From an uncultured Candidatus Saccharibacteria bacterium (GTDB lineage Bacteria > Patescibacteriota > Minisyncoccia > UBA6257), in NCBI GenBank assembly GCA_964479005.1, contig CAYZJA010000001.1, positions 128,001 through 192,000 of the forward strand: 64,000 nt of DNA, written 5' to 3'. This document shows positions 53,463 through 64,000 of the stretch, piece after piece. A model generated the notes under the pieces. That model had not been told where the DNA came from and searched no databases. It worked only from the letters and a program-made list of their open reading frames with translations. Both the position numbers and the translations under genes were made by a program. Position 1 is the stretch's first letter. The number at the start of each line of letters is the position of its first letter.

Positions 53463-54655
53463 TGTTAGGAGAGATTATTCGTGAATTTTGGTGGATATTA
53501 GCCCTTATTGTTTTGGGGAAGTTTTTTATTGATTCAAGTAAAAAGTATGAAGAGAAAAAAAAGAAAGAAAAAGAAGAGATAAAAGATTGGGTTACTCTAC
53601 AAGCAAAGATTAATCGTGAGATATTACAAACTCCTAAAGCAATGGAGCAAGTATTTAATGGTTTTCATGTTATAGAAAAGGGATATATTTGCTTAGAGCT
53701 GGTTGGTATGGACAGAGAGATATATTTTATTATTCGCGCACCTAAAGAATATAAAAATTTAGTAGAATCACAATTTTACGCGCAATATCCAGAAATAGAA
53801 ATTAAAGAGATTGATGATTATTTTTCACGTCTTCCAGCTCATTTACCAAATAAGGATTTTGATTTATGGGGAACCGAGATCATTTTAGAAAAAGAAAATT
53901 ATTATCCTATTAAAACTTATTCTTATTTTGAGGAATTAAAAGAAGAAAAAAGAATTGATCCAATATCAAGTTTTGCAGAAAGTATTGCCAAGCTTCAAAA
54001 ATCTGAATGGTTTATTTTAGAGATTCTTATTAAACCTCTTTCTGATAAAGATGAGGAAAAATTTATAAATGAAGGGAAAAAACAGATTGACAGTATGTTA
54101 GGTAAAAAAAAGGGAAAAGAAATTACTTGGACAGATTGGGTTGGAGCTTTTTTTAAAAATCTTTTAGTAGGACTAGTTGAACCTCCAGTTTGGCCTACAA
54201 AAGAAGAAAAGAAAAATGGGGCGCCTTTAGTCATTTCATCTGGTGAAAAGGATATAATTAAATCAATTGAAAATAAAATAAGCCGATTATCATTTAATAC
54301 AAACATAAGATTGATTTATATTTCCCCAAAAAAGATTTTTAACGAATCTAATATTTCCGCTTTTATGGCGTTTTTGAAACAATTTAATTCAAAAGATTTA
54401 AATGGTTTTAAGATCAACAAAGACGCTTCTACAATTCTTAAATCTAAATTTTTGCAAAACAGAAGATTATTTTTAAAAAAGATGGATTTTTATCAAAAGT
54501 GTTTAAAGCGAACAAAAACGCAAGATGCAATGATTTTAAACACAGAAGAATTGGCGACTATTTATCATTTCCCGGCATTAAAGGTTGTAACCCCTACATT
54601 GGTCAGGGTTTTGAGTAAAAAAGGCGAACCGCCAGCAGGGTTGCCAGTAGAATAA
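53462..54655 (+). CDS. membrane-anchored hypothetical protein (partner of downstream ATPase)
   Basis: N-terminal TM helix 'FWWILALIVLGKFFI'. Stop/start coupled with the ATPase gene. Confidence 0.35.
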   Translation: MLGEIIREFWWILALIVLGKFFIDSSKKYEEKKKKEKEEIKDWVTLQAKINREILQTPKAMEQVFNGFHVIEKGYICLELVGMDREIYFIIRAPKEYKNLVESQFYAQYPEIEIKEIDDYFSRLPAHLPNKDFDLWGTEIILEKENYYPIKTYSYFEELKEEKRIDPISSFAESIAKLQKSEWFILEILIKPLSDKDEEKFINEGKKQIDSMLGKKKGKEITWTDWVGAFFKNLLVGLVEPPVWPTKEEKKNGAPLVISSGEKDIIKSIENKISRLSFNTNIRLIYISPKKIFNESNISAFMAFLKQFNSKDLNGFKINKDASTILKSKFLQNRRLFLKKMDFYQKCLKRTKTQDAMILNTEELATIYHFPALKVVTPTLVRVLSKKGEPPAGLPVE

Positions 54656-54659
54656 ATTT

Positions 54660-56210
54660 ATGGATATAAATCATATTGGAATAACAAATTTTAGAGATGA
54701 ATTTCAGCGATTTGGCATTAAAGCCGATGATAGGCGTCGGCATATATATTTTGTTGGAAAGAGTGGAGTAGGTAAGACTACAATGATGGAGAATATGATT
54801 ATTCAGGATATTAATAATGACAAAGGTGTATGTGTTATTGATCCTCACGGAGAATTAATAAACAGAGTTCTTTACTTTATTCCTGAAAACAGAATAAAAG
54901 ATGTGATTTATTTTAATCCTGGCGATGTTGAATGGCCAATTGCTTTTAATGTTATTGAAGAAGTTCCAGTAGAATATCGCCATTTGGTTGTAGCGGGTTT
55001 AATGGGAGTCTTTAAAAAAATCTGGCCAGATGTATGGTCTGCCAGAATGGAATATATCTTAAATAATGCTTTACTGGCTCTTTTAGAATATCCTGGAGCA
55101 ACGCTTTTAGCTGTAAACAGATTGCTTTCTGACGAAGATTTTCGTAAAGCAGTAATGAAAAAGGTAACAGATCCAATAGTTAAATCTTTTTGGGAAAGAG
55201 AGTTTGCTCGTTATAATGCCCGCTTTGCGACAGAAGCAATTGCTCCAATTCAAAATAAAGTTGGGCAATTTATTTCAAACCCTTTAATTAGAAATATTAT
55301 TGGACAGAAAGAATCAAAAATTGATATCAGGAAAATAATGGATGATGGTAAGATTCTTTTAGCTAATTTGTCAAAAGGAATGGTTGGTGAGGATAATTCT
55401 AGTCTTTTGGGAGCTCTCTTGGTTACAAAAATACAATTAGCTGCAATGAGCCGTATAGATGTTCCTGAAGAGAAAAGAAAGGATTTTTATTTGTACGTAG
55501 ATGAGTTTCAAAATTTTTCCACTGAATCATTTGCTTCTATTTTTGCCGAAGCTAGAAAGTATCGTTTAAACTTAGCTTTAGCTCATCAATATATAGCTCA
55601 ACTTAATGAGCAAGTTAAAGATTCTATTTTTGGTAATATAGGAACTTTGATTTCTTTTAGATTGGGCCCTGAAGACGCGGAATTACTGGAAAAATATTTT
55701 GCTCCAGAATTTTCAAAAGAAGATTTAATTAATCTTCCAAATTATAATTTTTATATAAAATTGATGATTGATGGTGTTTTGTCCAAAAGTTTTTCAGCGA
55801 TGAATATACCACCTTCTAGTTTGCCAGAGAACTCGTTTATACAAGAAATAATTCAGTATTCACGTGAGCATTATGCTGCTTTGCGGCAAGAAATTGAAAA
55901 GAATATCGCGCATTGGGAGTTATTGGATTTTTCTCCAAGCTTCAAGGCAGGGGATCTTAGAAGCAGAAAAGTTGGCGTTAAAGAAGGTTGGGAAGCTGTA
56001 TGTTCTCAATGTGGAAAAAGAATTATTGTACCTTTTCAACCAGATCCTGCCAGGCCTGTTTATTGTGATGAATGTTTTAAAGAAATACGAAGGCAAAGAG
56101 GAAAAGATTTAACACATGCAAATTCTGTTCAGCATACTCAATCTAAAATTAAACCAAAAAAAGAAGAAATAAAGGAGGTAATTAAAAATATTTTCCGTCA
56201 GGATACTTAA
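54660..56210 (+). CDS. TraD/VirD4/HerA-FtsK-superfamily P-loop ATPase with C-terminal zinc ribbon
   Basis: Walker A 'FVGKSGVGKTT' followed by 'VIDPHGE' (compare TrwB 'DPKGD'). Walker B 'LYVDEFQNF'. 'EARKYRLNLALAHQ' is a sensor/arginine-finger region. Terminal 'CSQCGKRII…PVYCDEC'. Confidence 0.55.
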   Translation: MDINHIGITNFRDEFQRFGIKADDRRRHIYFVGKSGVGKTTMMENMIIQDINNDKGVCVIDPHGELINRVLYFIPENRIKDVIYFNPGDVEWPIAFNVIEEVPVEYRHLVVAGLMGVFKKIWPDVWSARMEYILNNALLALLEYPGATLLAVNRLLSDEDFRKAVMKKVTDPIVKSFWEREFARYNARFATEAIAPIQNKVGQFISNPLIRNIIGQKESKIDIRKIMDDGKILLANLSKGMVGEDNSSLLGALLVTKIQLAAMSRIDVPEEKRKDFYLYVDEFQNFSTESFASIFAEARKYRLNLALAHQYIAQLNEQVKDSIFGNIGTLISFRLGPEDAELLEKYFAPEFSKEDLINLPNYNFYIKLMIDGVLSKSFSAMNIPPSSLPENSFIQEIIQYSREHYAALRQEIEKNIAHWELLDFSPSFKAGDLRSRKVGVKEGWEAVCSQCGKRIIVPFQPDPARPVYCDECFKEIRRQRGKDLTHANSVQHTQSKIKPKKEEIKEVIKNIFRQDT

Positions 56211-56217
56211 TTAAAAG

Positions 56218-57315
56218 ATGAAAAAAACGATTGCAATTGTTTGTGGGGGGAAAAGCGGAGAACATGAAGTGTCTTTGCGTTCTGCTTTTTATGTTTACAA
56301 TAATATAAATAAAAAAAAGTATCGGGCAGTAATTATAGCAGTTGATAAAAAAGGAAAATGGTATTTTAGCCGTAATTTTAAAGATATTATTAATACTATT
56401 GGTCAGTTATGGAAATTAAAATCCAGATTAGATGAAATTGTTCTTTTAAAATCCAAAAAATGTAGTCAGGTATTCAGCTTAAAACAAAAGAAAAATTTAA
56501 TTGGAATAGATATATTTTTTCCATTAATTCATGGCACTTACGGAGAAGACGGTTGTTTGCAGGGATTTTTTGAGCTTTTAGGTATTCCTTATGTAGGGGC
56601 AGATGTTATAGGCTCGGCAATAGCAATGGATAAAGAAATAACAAAAAGATTATTAATGCTTGAAAAAATACCTGTGACAAAATTTATTATCCTTAAAAAA
56701 GAAGACAAATTAGTAGAGAGAAAAAGAAAAGTTAATCAAGCTATAAAAGAGTTTCATTTTCCTCTTTTTATTAAACCTGTTTGTTTAGGCTCTTCAGTGG
56801 GAATATCCAAGATTTTTAGCAAAAAAGAAATTAATAAGGCTATTGAAGAAGCATTCCAATACGATAACAGAATTATGATTGAAAAATTTGTAAAAGGAAG
56901 AGAAATTGAATGTTCAGTATTAGGAAATTCTAATCCAAGGGCTTCTTTGCCAGGAGAAATCAAATCTCGTTCTTTTTATTCCTATGAGGCAAAGTATTTA
57001 AATTCTGAAGAAGCAGAACTATTGGTTCCAGCTTCTTTGTCAGAAAAAATTATTAAAAAAGTGCAGGAATTAAGTATTAAAGTATTTAAAATATTAAAAT
57101 TGCAAGGAATGGCGCGAATAGATTTTTTCTTAAAGCCAAATGAACAATTAATAGTTAATGAGGCAAATACTATTCCAGGATTTACTCAAATTAGTATGTA
57201 TCCCAAATTATGGCAAATTTCAGGGATAAAATATTCAAAACTACTTGATGAATTAATTCAATTATCTATTGAGAATTTTAACAATAAAAATAAATTAAAA
57301 AGAAATTATCAATGA
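56218..57315 (+). CDS. ddl: D-alanine--D-alanine ligase
   Basis: 'IAIVCGGKSGEHEVSLRSA…FPLIHGTYGEDGCLQGFFELLGIPYVG' and the ATP-grasp C-terminal region. Confidence 0.85.
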   Translation: MKKTIAIVCGGKSGEHEVSLRSAFYVYNNINKKKYRAVIIAVDKKGKWYFSRNFKDIINTIGQLWKLKSRLDEIVLLKSKKCSQVFSLKQKKNLIGIDIFFPLIHGTYGEDGCLQGFFELLGIPYVGADVIGSAIAMDKEITKRLLMLEKIPVTKFIILKKEDKLVERKRKVNQAIKEFHFPLFIKPVCLGSSVGISKIFSKKEINKAIEEAFQYDNRIMIEKFVKGREIECSVLGNSNPRASLPGEIKSRSFYSYEAKYLNSEEAELLVPASLSEKIIKKVQELSIKVFKILKLQGMARIDFFLKPNEQLIVNEANTIPGFTQISMYPKLWQISGIKYSKLLDELIQLSIENFNNKNKLKRNYQ

Positions 57316-57686
57316 AACTTTCTTTTAAAAAATTTCTCAAAAGCATATATCATGCCTCTCAAGGAATAAAATATGTATTTTTGCAACAGAATTTCTTTTT
57401 AATGTTTCTTATAACGATTGGAACATTAATTCTCGGATTTTGGCTGCAAATTTCTTATTTTGAATGGCTGATAATAATCTTTCTTATTGGTTTTATTCTT
57501 AGTTTAGAAATATTAAACACTGTCCTTGAAAGAACATTAGATTTTTTAGAGCCATATATTTCTGATAAAATTAGAATGATAAAAGACTTAATCGCAGGAG
57601 CGGTTTTTTTAGCTTGTTTGACAGCGCTTATTTTAGGATTTATAATCTTTTTTCCCAAAATACTTATAATAATTTTAAATAACTAA
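57312..57686 (+). CDS. dgkA: diacylglycerol/undecaprenol kinase family protein
   Basis: Three TM helices and the 'LEILNTVLE' motif. Confidence 0.7.
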   Translation: MKLSFKKFLKSIYHASQGIKYVFLQQNFFLMFLITIGTLILGFWLQISYFEWLIIIFLIGFILSLEILNTVLERTLDFLEPYISDKIRMIKDLIAGAVFLACLTALILGFIIFFPKILIIILNN

Positions 57687-57706
57687 ATTCATAAATTAGA
57701 AATATT

Positions 57707-59506
57707 ATGATTTCTTCTTCTGAAGAGATAAAAAATAAATTAGATATTAAAGAAGTAATTGGTCAGTATGTAAAACTGCAGAAAGCAGGGGCTAATCATA
57801 GGGCTCTTTGCCCTTTTCATAAAGAAAAAACCCCTTCGTTTTTTGTTTCTCCATCCCGTCAAATTTGGCATTGTTTCGGTTGCGGAGAAGGGGGGGATAT
57901 TTTTTCTTTTATAATGAAGATAGAAAATATTGAATTTAAAGAAGCTTTAAAAATATTAGCTCAAAAAGCAGGAGTAAAATTAGCTTATGAAAATCCTCAG
58001 GTGCGTTCTCAGAAACAAAGGTTGATTGATATTAATAAAGAAGCAGTGATATTTTTTGAAGAGAATCTTTGGAAAGAGAAAGAAGTTATAGATTATCTTA
58101 TTAAAAGAGGCTTTAAACAAGAGACAATAAAAGAATTTCATCTTGGCTGGGCTTCTGATGAATGGCAATTTCTTAGCGACTTGCTTATAAAAAAAGGATT
58201 TAAATCAGAAGACATTGTGGCTAGTGGTCTAGGCATTTCTAAAAACACAAAAATATACGATCGTTTTCGTTCACGAATTATGTTTCCTATAGAAGATTAC
58301 TCCCAAAACATAGTTGGTTTTACCGGCAGAATTTTTCAAGGTAAAACTCCTTTGAAAACGATTAGAGATATAGAAAAAATAGGAAAATATATTAATAGTC
58401 CACAAACTTTAATCTTTGATAAAAGTAAGATTTTATATGGTTTATCAAAAAGCAAAAATTATCTACGTTCTCAAGAAAATACTTTGTTAGTAGAAGGCCA
58501 AACAGATTTCTTAATGGGTTGGCAGGCAGGTATTAAAAATATAGTAGCTACTTCGGGAACAGCTTTAACTTTTTATCAATTAAAGATTCTAAGAAGGTAT
58601 AATAATACTTTGGTTTTAGGTTTTGATATGGATGAAGCAGGAGAAAAAGCGGCTGAAAGAAGCATAGAATTAGCATTATCTAGAGAATTTAATATAAAGA
58701 TTCTTAGGTTGCCCCAGGGAAAAGATTTAGCCGACTATCTCAATGATAAGGAAAACAAAGAAAACATTAAAGATTTAATAAATCAAGCCGAGGCAATAAT
58801 GGATTTTTATTTTACCAGAGCCAAAAACGCAGGCGATAAAACAAATATTGATGGTAAGAAAGCCATAGCTTCTTATTTTCTTCCTAAAATCAAAAAACTT
58901 AATAATGCCCTAGATAGATCCTTTTGGATAAATAAGCTCTCGCGTTTTATAAATATCCCTGAACAAGCCCTTGAAGATGAATTAAATAGGCTATTAAAAG
59001 AAGTCGATAAAGAAAATGTTATTGATGAAAATGAATCTCTTTATCAATTTCCCGCTTCTCAATTGCAATCACGAATAGATGGCATAGCTGAAAGAATAAT
59101 ATCTTTTTTAATAAAAACGCCTTCATTAAAAAAAGAGGCTTCTGAATATGAAGAATATTTTCCCGAGAATTTTCAAAAGATTTTTGAAGTTATCAAAAAC
59201 ATTTCTTCGGAAAAAGATTTGAGTATTGAAAATTTGAAAAAAGTAAATTTACCGGAAAATTTAATTAATCAAATCAATCAATTAGCCTTGAGAGCTGATT
59301 ACGAGACAGAATTATTGGAAAAATTTCAGGTTTCTCTTGATGAGGAATTTAAGAAAGAATTAAAAGAATTAAAAAGAGAGTACACCAAGAAGGAATTAGA
59401 AGGAATAGAAAAAGAAATTCAGGTTGCGGAAAAAAATAAAGATAAAAAAGTGCTCAAAGATTTAATGACAAAATTTAACAAATTATCAAAAAGATTATTA
59501 AATTAA
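57707..59506 (+). CDS. dnaG: DNA primase
   Basis: CHC2 zinc finger '[32 protein letters not shown]', RNA-polymerase domain, and Toprim '[15 protein letters not shown]…VATSGTALT'. Confidence 0.9.
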   Translation: MISSSEEIKNKLDIKEVIGQYVKLQKAGANHRALCPFHKEKTPSFFVSPSRQIWHCFGCGEGGDIFSFIMKIENIEFKEALKILAQKAGVKLAYENPQVRSQKQRLIDINKEAVIFFEENLWKEKEVIDYLIKRGFKQETIKEFHLGWASDEWQFLSDLLIKKGFKSEDIVASGLGISKNTKIYDRFRSRIMFPIEDYSQNIVGFTGRIFQGKTPLKTIRDIEKIGKYINSPQTLIFDKSKILYGLSKSKNYLRSQENTLLVEGQTDFLMGWQAGIKNIVATSGTALTFYQLKILRRYNNTLVLGFDMDEAGEKAAERSIELALSREFNIKILRLPQGKDLADYLNDKENKENIKDLINQAEAIMDFYFTRAKNAGDKTNIDGKKAIASYFLPKIKKLNNALDRSFWINKLSRFINIPEQALEDELNRLLKEVDKENVIDENESLYQFPASQLQSRIDGIAERIISFLIKTPSLKKEASEYEEYFPENFQKIFEVIKNISSEKDLSIENLKKVNLPENLINQINQLALRADYETELLEKFQVSLDEEFKKELKELKREYTKKELEGIEKEIQVAEKNKDKKVLKDLMTKFNKLSKRLLN

Positions 59507-59507
59507 T

Positions 59508-60824
59508 ATGAAACGAATTAAAAAAAACAAAAAGAAGAAAAAAGTTAGAAAAGGAAAAGCCCGTCTTGCTAAAACTTTAGTGAGGCGAGCAAAAAAGGTA
59601 AAAGTTGTAAAAAAGAAAAGAAAAGTAAAAATCATTAAAAGAACAAGAAAAGTAAGGAAGATGAGGAAAATCAAAAAAACCGGGAAGATTAAGAATAACA
59701 AGAAGGTCAAGAATATTAAGAAAAAAAGGCAACAGCCCAAAAAAGAGAAAATACAAGAAAAGATAGGGGTATTGATTGAAAGGGGTAAATCGCGAGGATT
59801 TATTACCCAAGATGAGATCTTAAAATATTTTCCACGCATTGAAGCAGATATTAATCTTTTAGAAAAACTTTATGATGCATTAGCAGAGGTTAATATTGAA
59901 GTAGTAGAAAGTGGGGATTTATTGATACCAAAAAAAGAAGTTTCTGATAAAGAATTAAAAGATGCTTTAAAAGTTCCAAGTTCCAGGGTATTATCTGGGG
60001 CAGTTCAGTCATATCTTAGGGAGATAGGAAAAGTTTCTCTTTTAACTGCTGAGGAAGAAAGGGAATTAGCAAAAAAAGTAGATAGCGGAGATGAACAAGC
60101 AAGACGAAAGATGATTGAAGCCAATCTCCGTTTAGTGGTTTCTATTGCCAAACGTTATATCGGCCGAAGCAGAAATTTGGGCTTATTGGATTTGATTCAG
60201 GAAGGCAATATTGGTCTTTCTAAAGCAGTTGATAAATTTGATTACAAAAAAGGTTTTAAATTTTCCACTTATGCCACTTGGTGGATCAGGCAAGCGATTA
60301 CACGGGCTTTAGCTGATCAAGGACGGACGATTCGTATTCCCGTACATATGGTTGAAACAATTACCAAATATTTAAAAACAAGAAGGGCATTGGCTCAAAC
60401 ATTGGGGAGGGATCCTTTACCAGAAGAAATAGCTTCTGAAATGGGGAAAGAAGTTGAAGAAATTCTTTACCTTATGAGAATTTCTCAAAGCACTTCATCA
60501 TTAAATCAACCAGTAGGGGATGAAGATGGCGGCAGCCAGTTAGGAGATTTTATTTCAGATACGAAAGCCATAACTCCTGATAGCCATGCTGCAAGAGAAT
60601 TGTTAAAAACCGAATTAGAAAAAATTATGAGTGAATTATCTGAAAGAGAAAGAGAGATCATAAAAATGAGGTTTGGCTTGGAAGATGAAATCACCCATAC
60701 ATTAGAAGAAGTAGGAAAATCTTTTGGCGTGACTCGAGAAAGAATTAGACAGATTGAAGCTAAAACCTTAGAAAAACTTAAAGAACATTCTCAATCTAAT
60801 AGACTCAAAGAGTTTTTAAAGTAG
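59508..60824 (+). CDS. rpoD: RNA polymerase sigma-70 factor RpoD with ~85-aa poly-Lys/Arg N-terminal extension
   Basis: Region 1.1 starts at '[16 protein letters not shown]'; region 2 at '[31 protein letters not shown]'; region 4 at '[27 protein letters not shown]'. Preceded by [17 protein letters not shown]…. Confidence 0.9.
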   Translation: MKRIKKNKKKKKVRKGKARLAKTLVRRAKKVKVVKKKRKVKIIKRTRKVRKMRKIKKTGKIKNNKKVKNIKKKRQQPKKEKIQEKIGVLIERGKSRGFITQDEILKYFPRIEADINLLEKLYDALAEVNIEVVESGDLLIPKKEVSDKELKDALKVPSSRVLSGAVQSYLREIGKVSLLTAEEERELAKKVDSGDEQARRKMIEANLRLVVSIAKRYIGRSRNLGLLDLIQEGNIGLSKAVDKFDYKKGFKFSTYATWWIRQAITRALADQGRTIRIPVHMVETITKYLKTRRALAQTLGRDPLPEEIASEMGKEVEEILYLMRISQSTSSLNQPVGDEDGGSQLGDFISDTKAITPDSHAARELLKTELEKIMSELSEREREIIKMRFGLEDEITHTLEEVGKSFGVTRERIRQIEAKTLEKLKEHSQSNRLKEFLK

Positions 60825-60826
60825 GT

Positions 60827-62170
60827 ATGAATCTACTGGAAAAAATAAAAAGGAATAGCTTATTGCGAAAGATGATTGCTTTTTTGGCTGCTTTGAGATT
60901 TGGTTTTCCAGGGCGTCATCTTACGATTATTGGTATTACAGGAACCACTGGCAAGACCACAACAGCTTTTATGATTAAGAATATACTGGAGGTTAATGGT
61001 ATAAAGACGGGATTAATTAGTACTGCAGGTTATTACATTGGAGAAGAAGTGATACATCCAGAAGCTTATGCGTCGGGCACTACGCCTGATCTATTTTTTC
61101 TTTATTACTTACTGAAAAAGATGGCAAAAAAAAGTTTGAAAGCGCCAGGTACTACACCTGATCCGTTTTTCCTTCACTATTTGCTAAGAAAGATGGTAAA
61201 AAAAGGCTTAAAAGCTGTAGTAATTGAAGTTGCTTCATTTGGTTTAATGTATGAACGAGTTTATGGATTAAATTTCTCAGCAGCAGTTTTAACTAATATT
61301 TCTTACAATCACCATATTACTTTGCATGGTAATATGAATAATTATGTTTCTGCTAAATTAAAACTTTTTCGTAATTTAAAAACGACATCAATTGCTGTTT
61401 TACCGAAAGAAAGCGAGTATTTTGATCTATTTGCCAAGAACACGCAAGCTCAAGTTCTAAAATTTGGTATTGATAAAACCTGCGATTTATGGATGGACAT
61501 AAAAGAGATTACTAAAACAGAAAATAAAGCGGTTATTCATTGCAATGACAATTCTTTTTCTATTAATTTACCTTTACCCGGGCTTTTTAATATTCTTAAT
61601 GCTTTAGCGGCTGTTGGCGCTGTTTATGGATTTTCTTTTTCCATTGAAAAATTAAAAAAGGGATTAGAAAGTTTAAAAGAAATTCCAGGACGATTAGAGT
61701 ATATAAATGGCAAGCATCCTTTTTCTATAATTATAGATAAAGCGAATACACCAGCAGCCTTTTATGGTATAATAGATTTTATTAAAATTTTAAATCCCAA
61801 AAAGAAAATTGCTGTTTATGGAAACTTTGGGGAAAGTCCTTTAAAAGAAAGGGAAAAACTGGCAGAAATAGCAACCAATTTTTTTGATATTACTATTATC
61901 ACAGAAGATGATCCCCAGGAAGAATCTCCTCAGAAGAGCATTAATGATTTTTTGAATTTTGTGAAAAAAAAGAATATTTCTTCAACTAAATACCAGTCTT
62001 TCCTAAATAGAAGGCAGGCAATTCAAGAAGCGATAAAACAGGCTAATAAAGGAGATTTAATAGTAATTTTAGGCCGTGGCAATGAACAAACAATGGATTA
62101 TGGAACTAAAATTACGCCTTTTGATGATAGGCAAGTGACGAGGGAGGTGCTGAAGAAACAAGGTTATTAG
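60827..62170 (+). CDS. murE: Mur ligase family protein (MurE-like UDP-MurNAc-tripeptide synthetase)
   Basis: 'IIGITGTTGKTTTAFMI' P-loop, 'LFNILNALAAVGAVYG' (compare the MurE 'HNxYNALAA' motif), and a C-terminal Mur_ligase_C domain. Confidence 0.65.
   Translation: MNLLEKIKRNSLLRKMIAFLAALRFGFPGRHLTIIGITGTTGKTTTAFMIKNILEVNGIKTGLISTAGYYIGEEVIHPEAYASGTTPDLFFLYYLLKKMAKKSLKAPGTTPDPFFLHYLLRKMVKKGLKAVVIEVASFGLMYERVYGLNFSAAVLTNISYNHHITLHGNMNNYVSAKLKLFRNLKTTSIAVLPKESEYFDLFAKNTQAQVLKFGIDKTCDLWMDIKEITKTENKAVIHCNDNSFSINLPLPGLFNILNALAAVGAVYGFSFSIEKLKKGLESLKEIPGRLEYINGKHPFSIIIDKANTPAAFYGIIDFIKILNPKKKIAVYGNFGESPLKEREKLAEIATNFFDITIITEDDPQEESPQKSINDFLNFVKKKNISSTKYQSFLNRRQAIQEAIKQANKGDLIVILGRGNEQTMDYGTKITPFDDRQVTREVLKKQGY
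61070..61213 (+). repeat. in-frame tandem duplication (2 × 72 bp, ~80% nt identity) inside the Mur ligase gene
   Basis: ASGTTPDLFFLYYLLKKMAKKSLK and APGTTPDPFFLHYLLRKMVKKGLK. Confidence 0.75.
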
Positions 62171-62193
62171 TTGTTAATTGTTATTATAGTTTA

Positions 62194-64000
62194 TGGATTC
62201 AAAAGAGTTAAGAAAAAGATTTTTGAAGTTTTTTGAACAAAGAGGGCATAAAATAATCCCTTCTTCTTCTTTAATTCCAGAAAATGATTCAACGACCTTG
62301 TTTACTGGTTCAGGAATGCAGCCTTTAGTGCCGTATTTGATGGGCGAGTCTCATTCTAAAGGCAAGCGGTTAGTAAATGTCCAAAAATCATTTCGAGCTG
62401 AAGACATTGAAGAAGTAGGTGATAATCGTCATACAACCTTTTTTGAAATGCTGGGCAATTGGTCATTAGGCGATTATTTTAAAAAAGAACAATTAAATTG
62501 GTTGTTTGAATTTCTCATTGAGGAAGTAAAATTAGATCCTAAAAAGATTTACGTATCTGTTTTCCGAGGGAATGAAAAAATTGGCATCAATAGAGACTTA
62601 GAATCTGTTCAGGTTTGGAAAGATATTTTTAAAAAAAATGGAATTGAAGCTAATGACGTCGATTATTCTGAAAAACATGGATTTCAAGATGGTCGTATTT
62701 TTTATTATGACGAAACCAAAAATTGGTGGTCACGTTCAGGAACTCCGGCTAATATGCCGATTGGAGAAATTGGGGGGCCAGATAGCGAAGTTTTTTATGA
62801 TTTAGGAGAAGAATTAAAACGGCATGAAAATTCTAAATGGCGAAATCAACCTTGTCATATTAATTGTGATTGCGGGCGTTTTATTGAAATCGGCAACAGC
62901 GTTTTTATAGAATTTATTCGTTCTGCAAAAGGATTTGAATCCTTACCGCAAAAGAACGTAGATTTTGGCGGTGGTTTGGAAAGAATTACTATGGTAGCGC
63001 AAGGTAAGAACAATATTTTCAAAACAGATTTATTTATTAGTATCATTAAAAGAATTGAAGAATTGTCAGGTAAAAAATATGAAGACAATATGCAATCATT
63101 TGAAATTATTGCGGACCATTTAAGGGCCGCAACCTTTATTATGGGTGATGATAGGGGAATTGTTCCTTCTAATGTTGATCAGGGATATATAGCTCGCCGA
63201 TTAATTAGAAGGGCTATTCGTTATGGTCGGCAAATAGATATTCAACAGAAATCCTGGACTCAGGAAATAGCAAAAGTCATAAATAATGATTATAAATTAA
63301 TTTATCCTGAATTAACCCATAATCTTAAATTTATAACAAATAATTTAGAAAAAGAAGAAATTAAATTCAGTAAAACATTGGAGAAAGGGCTAAAAGAATT
63401 AGAAAGATATAAGAGTAGTGGAAAAGAAATCACAGGAATAATAGCTTTTGATTTATATCAAACCTATGGATTTCCTTTTGAAATGACTGAAGAAGAATTA
63501 TTTAAATCTGGTATTAAAATAAAAAATCCAGAAAAGTTCAAAGAAGCATTGATTAAGCATCAAGAACTTTCTCGAACTGCTGCTGTTGGTAAATTTAAAG
63601 GCGGATTAGCTGATGTTTCTGATAAAACCAAGAAACTTCATACTGCTTGCCACCTTGTTTTAGCTGCTTTAAGGAGTGTGTTAGGGGATCATGTAGAGCA
63701 AAGAGGCTCAAATATCACGGCTGAACGTCTTCGTTTTGATTTTTCTCATACTGAAAAACTTACCTTAGAACAAAAAACTACAGTGGAAAAAATGGTAAAT
63801 GAAGCAATTCAAAAAGATTTGCCAGTGCTTTCCGAAGAGATGTTATTGGAAGATGCTAAAAAACAAGGGGCACTAGGAATATTTGAGTCAAAATATGGAG
63901 AAAAAGTAAAAGTTTATACTATTGGAGAAAAAGATAATTCTTTTTCAAAAGAAATTTGTGGTGGTCCACACGTAGAATCCACTGGTAAATTGGGTTATTT
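62194..64000 (+). CDS. alaS: alanine--tRNA ligase, 3'-truncated by window edge
   Basis: 'FTGSGMQPLVPYLMG…KRLVNVQKSFRAEDIEEVGDNRHTTFFEMLGNWSLGDYFKKE' matches the class-II AlaRS catalytic core. No stop codon before position 64000. Confidence 0.9.

Overview
This 64-kb window is AT-rich (roughly one-third GC by eye) and gene-dense, with many 1–30-nt gene overlaps and no rRNA, CRISPR array, transposase or integrase. The overall gene content and style resemble a small-genome bacterium of the Candidate Phyla Radiation (CPR/Patescibacteria) type. Most of it is recognisable housekeeping, almost all on the + strand: mnmA-iscU-iscS, rplJ-rplL, ychF, acyP, ppsA, eno, glmS, efp, secDF, ddl, dgkA, dnaG-rpoD, murE and a 3'-truncated alaS. 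There are three tRNAs: Thr-CGU, Val-CAC and Lys-UUU. Between these sit accessory blocks. (1) At the left end, an XRE-HTH/Panacea antitoxin-like gene, a RelE/ParE-like toxin gene and a possible HEPN protein. (2) A 7.2–22.2-kb surface cluster: a GT2 polysaccharide synthase with a cognate glycoside hydrolase, two very large paralogous secreted proteins that share near-identical DNA segments, and three adjacent secreted proteins built from an unassigned ~50-aa repeat. (3) Three small Cys-rich ORFs bounded by copies of a 32-nt element, then an SSS-type transporter and a Fic protein. (4) A DUF4258-like protein, a zincin-like HExxH domain fused to a Trbp111/CsaA-type tRNA-binding domain, and an ATP-cone/Mrr-type nuclease. 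(5) A 39.6–49.9-kb surface block with a DUF2341+LamG giant protein, a (GA)24 microsatellite, and a dockerin protein next to two cohesin-like membrane scaffolds. (6) A membrane protein paired with a TraD/VirD4-like P-loop ATPase. The most unusual feature is a duplicated ~115-bp module present in inverted orientation at ~6.9 kb and ~29.1 kb. Each copy has a 49-bp promoter (48/49 identical, with a TTATCCACA DnaA-box-like 9-mer, TTGACA and an extended -10 TGcTATACT) driving a ~64-nt hairpin RNA that ends in a U-run. The two RNA bodies have diverged but keep both stems through compensatory changes, which argues for a structured small RNA that has not been described. A third copy of the same promoter core drives a ~155-nt leader or sRNA with mutually exclusive hairpins and its own terminator upstream of a secreted-protein gene.
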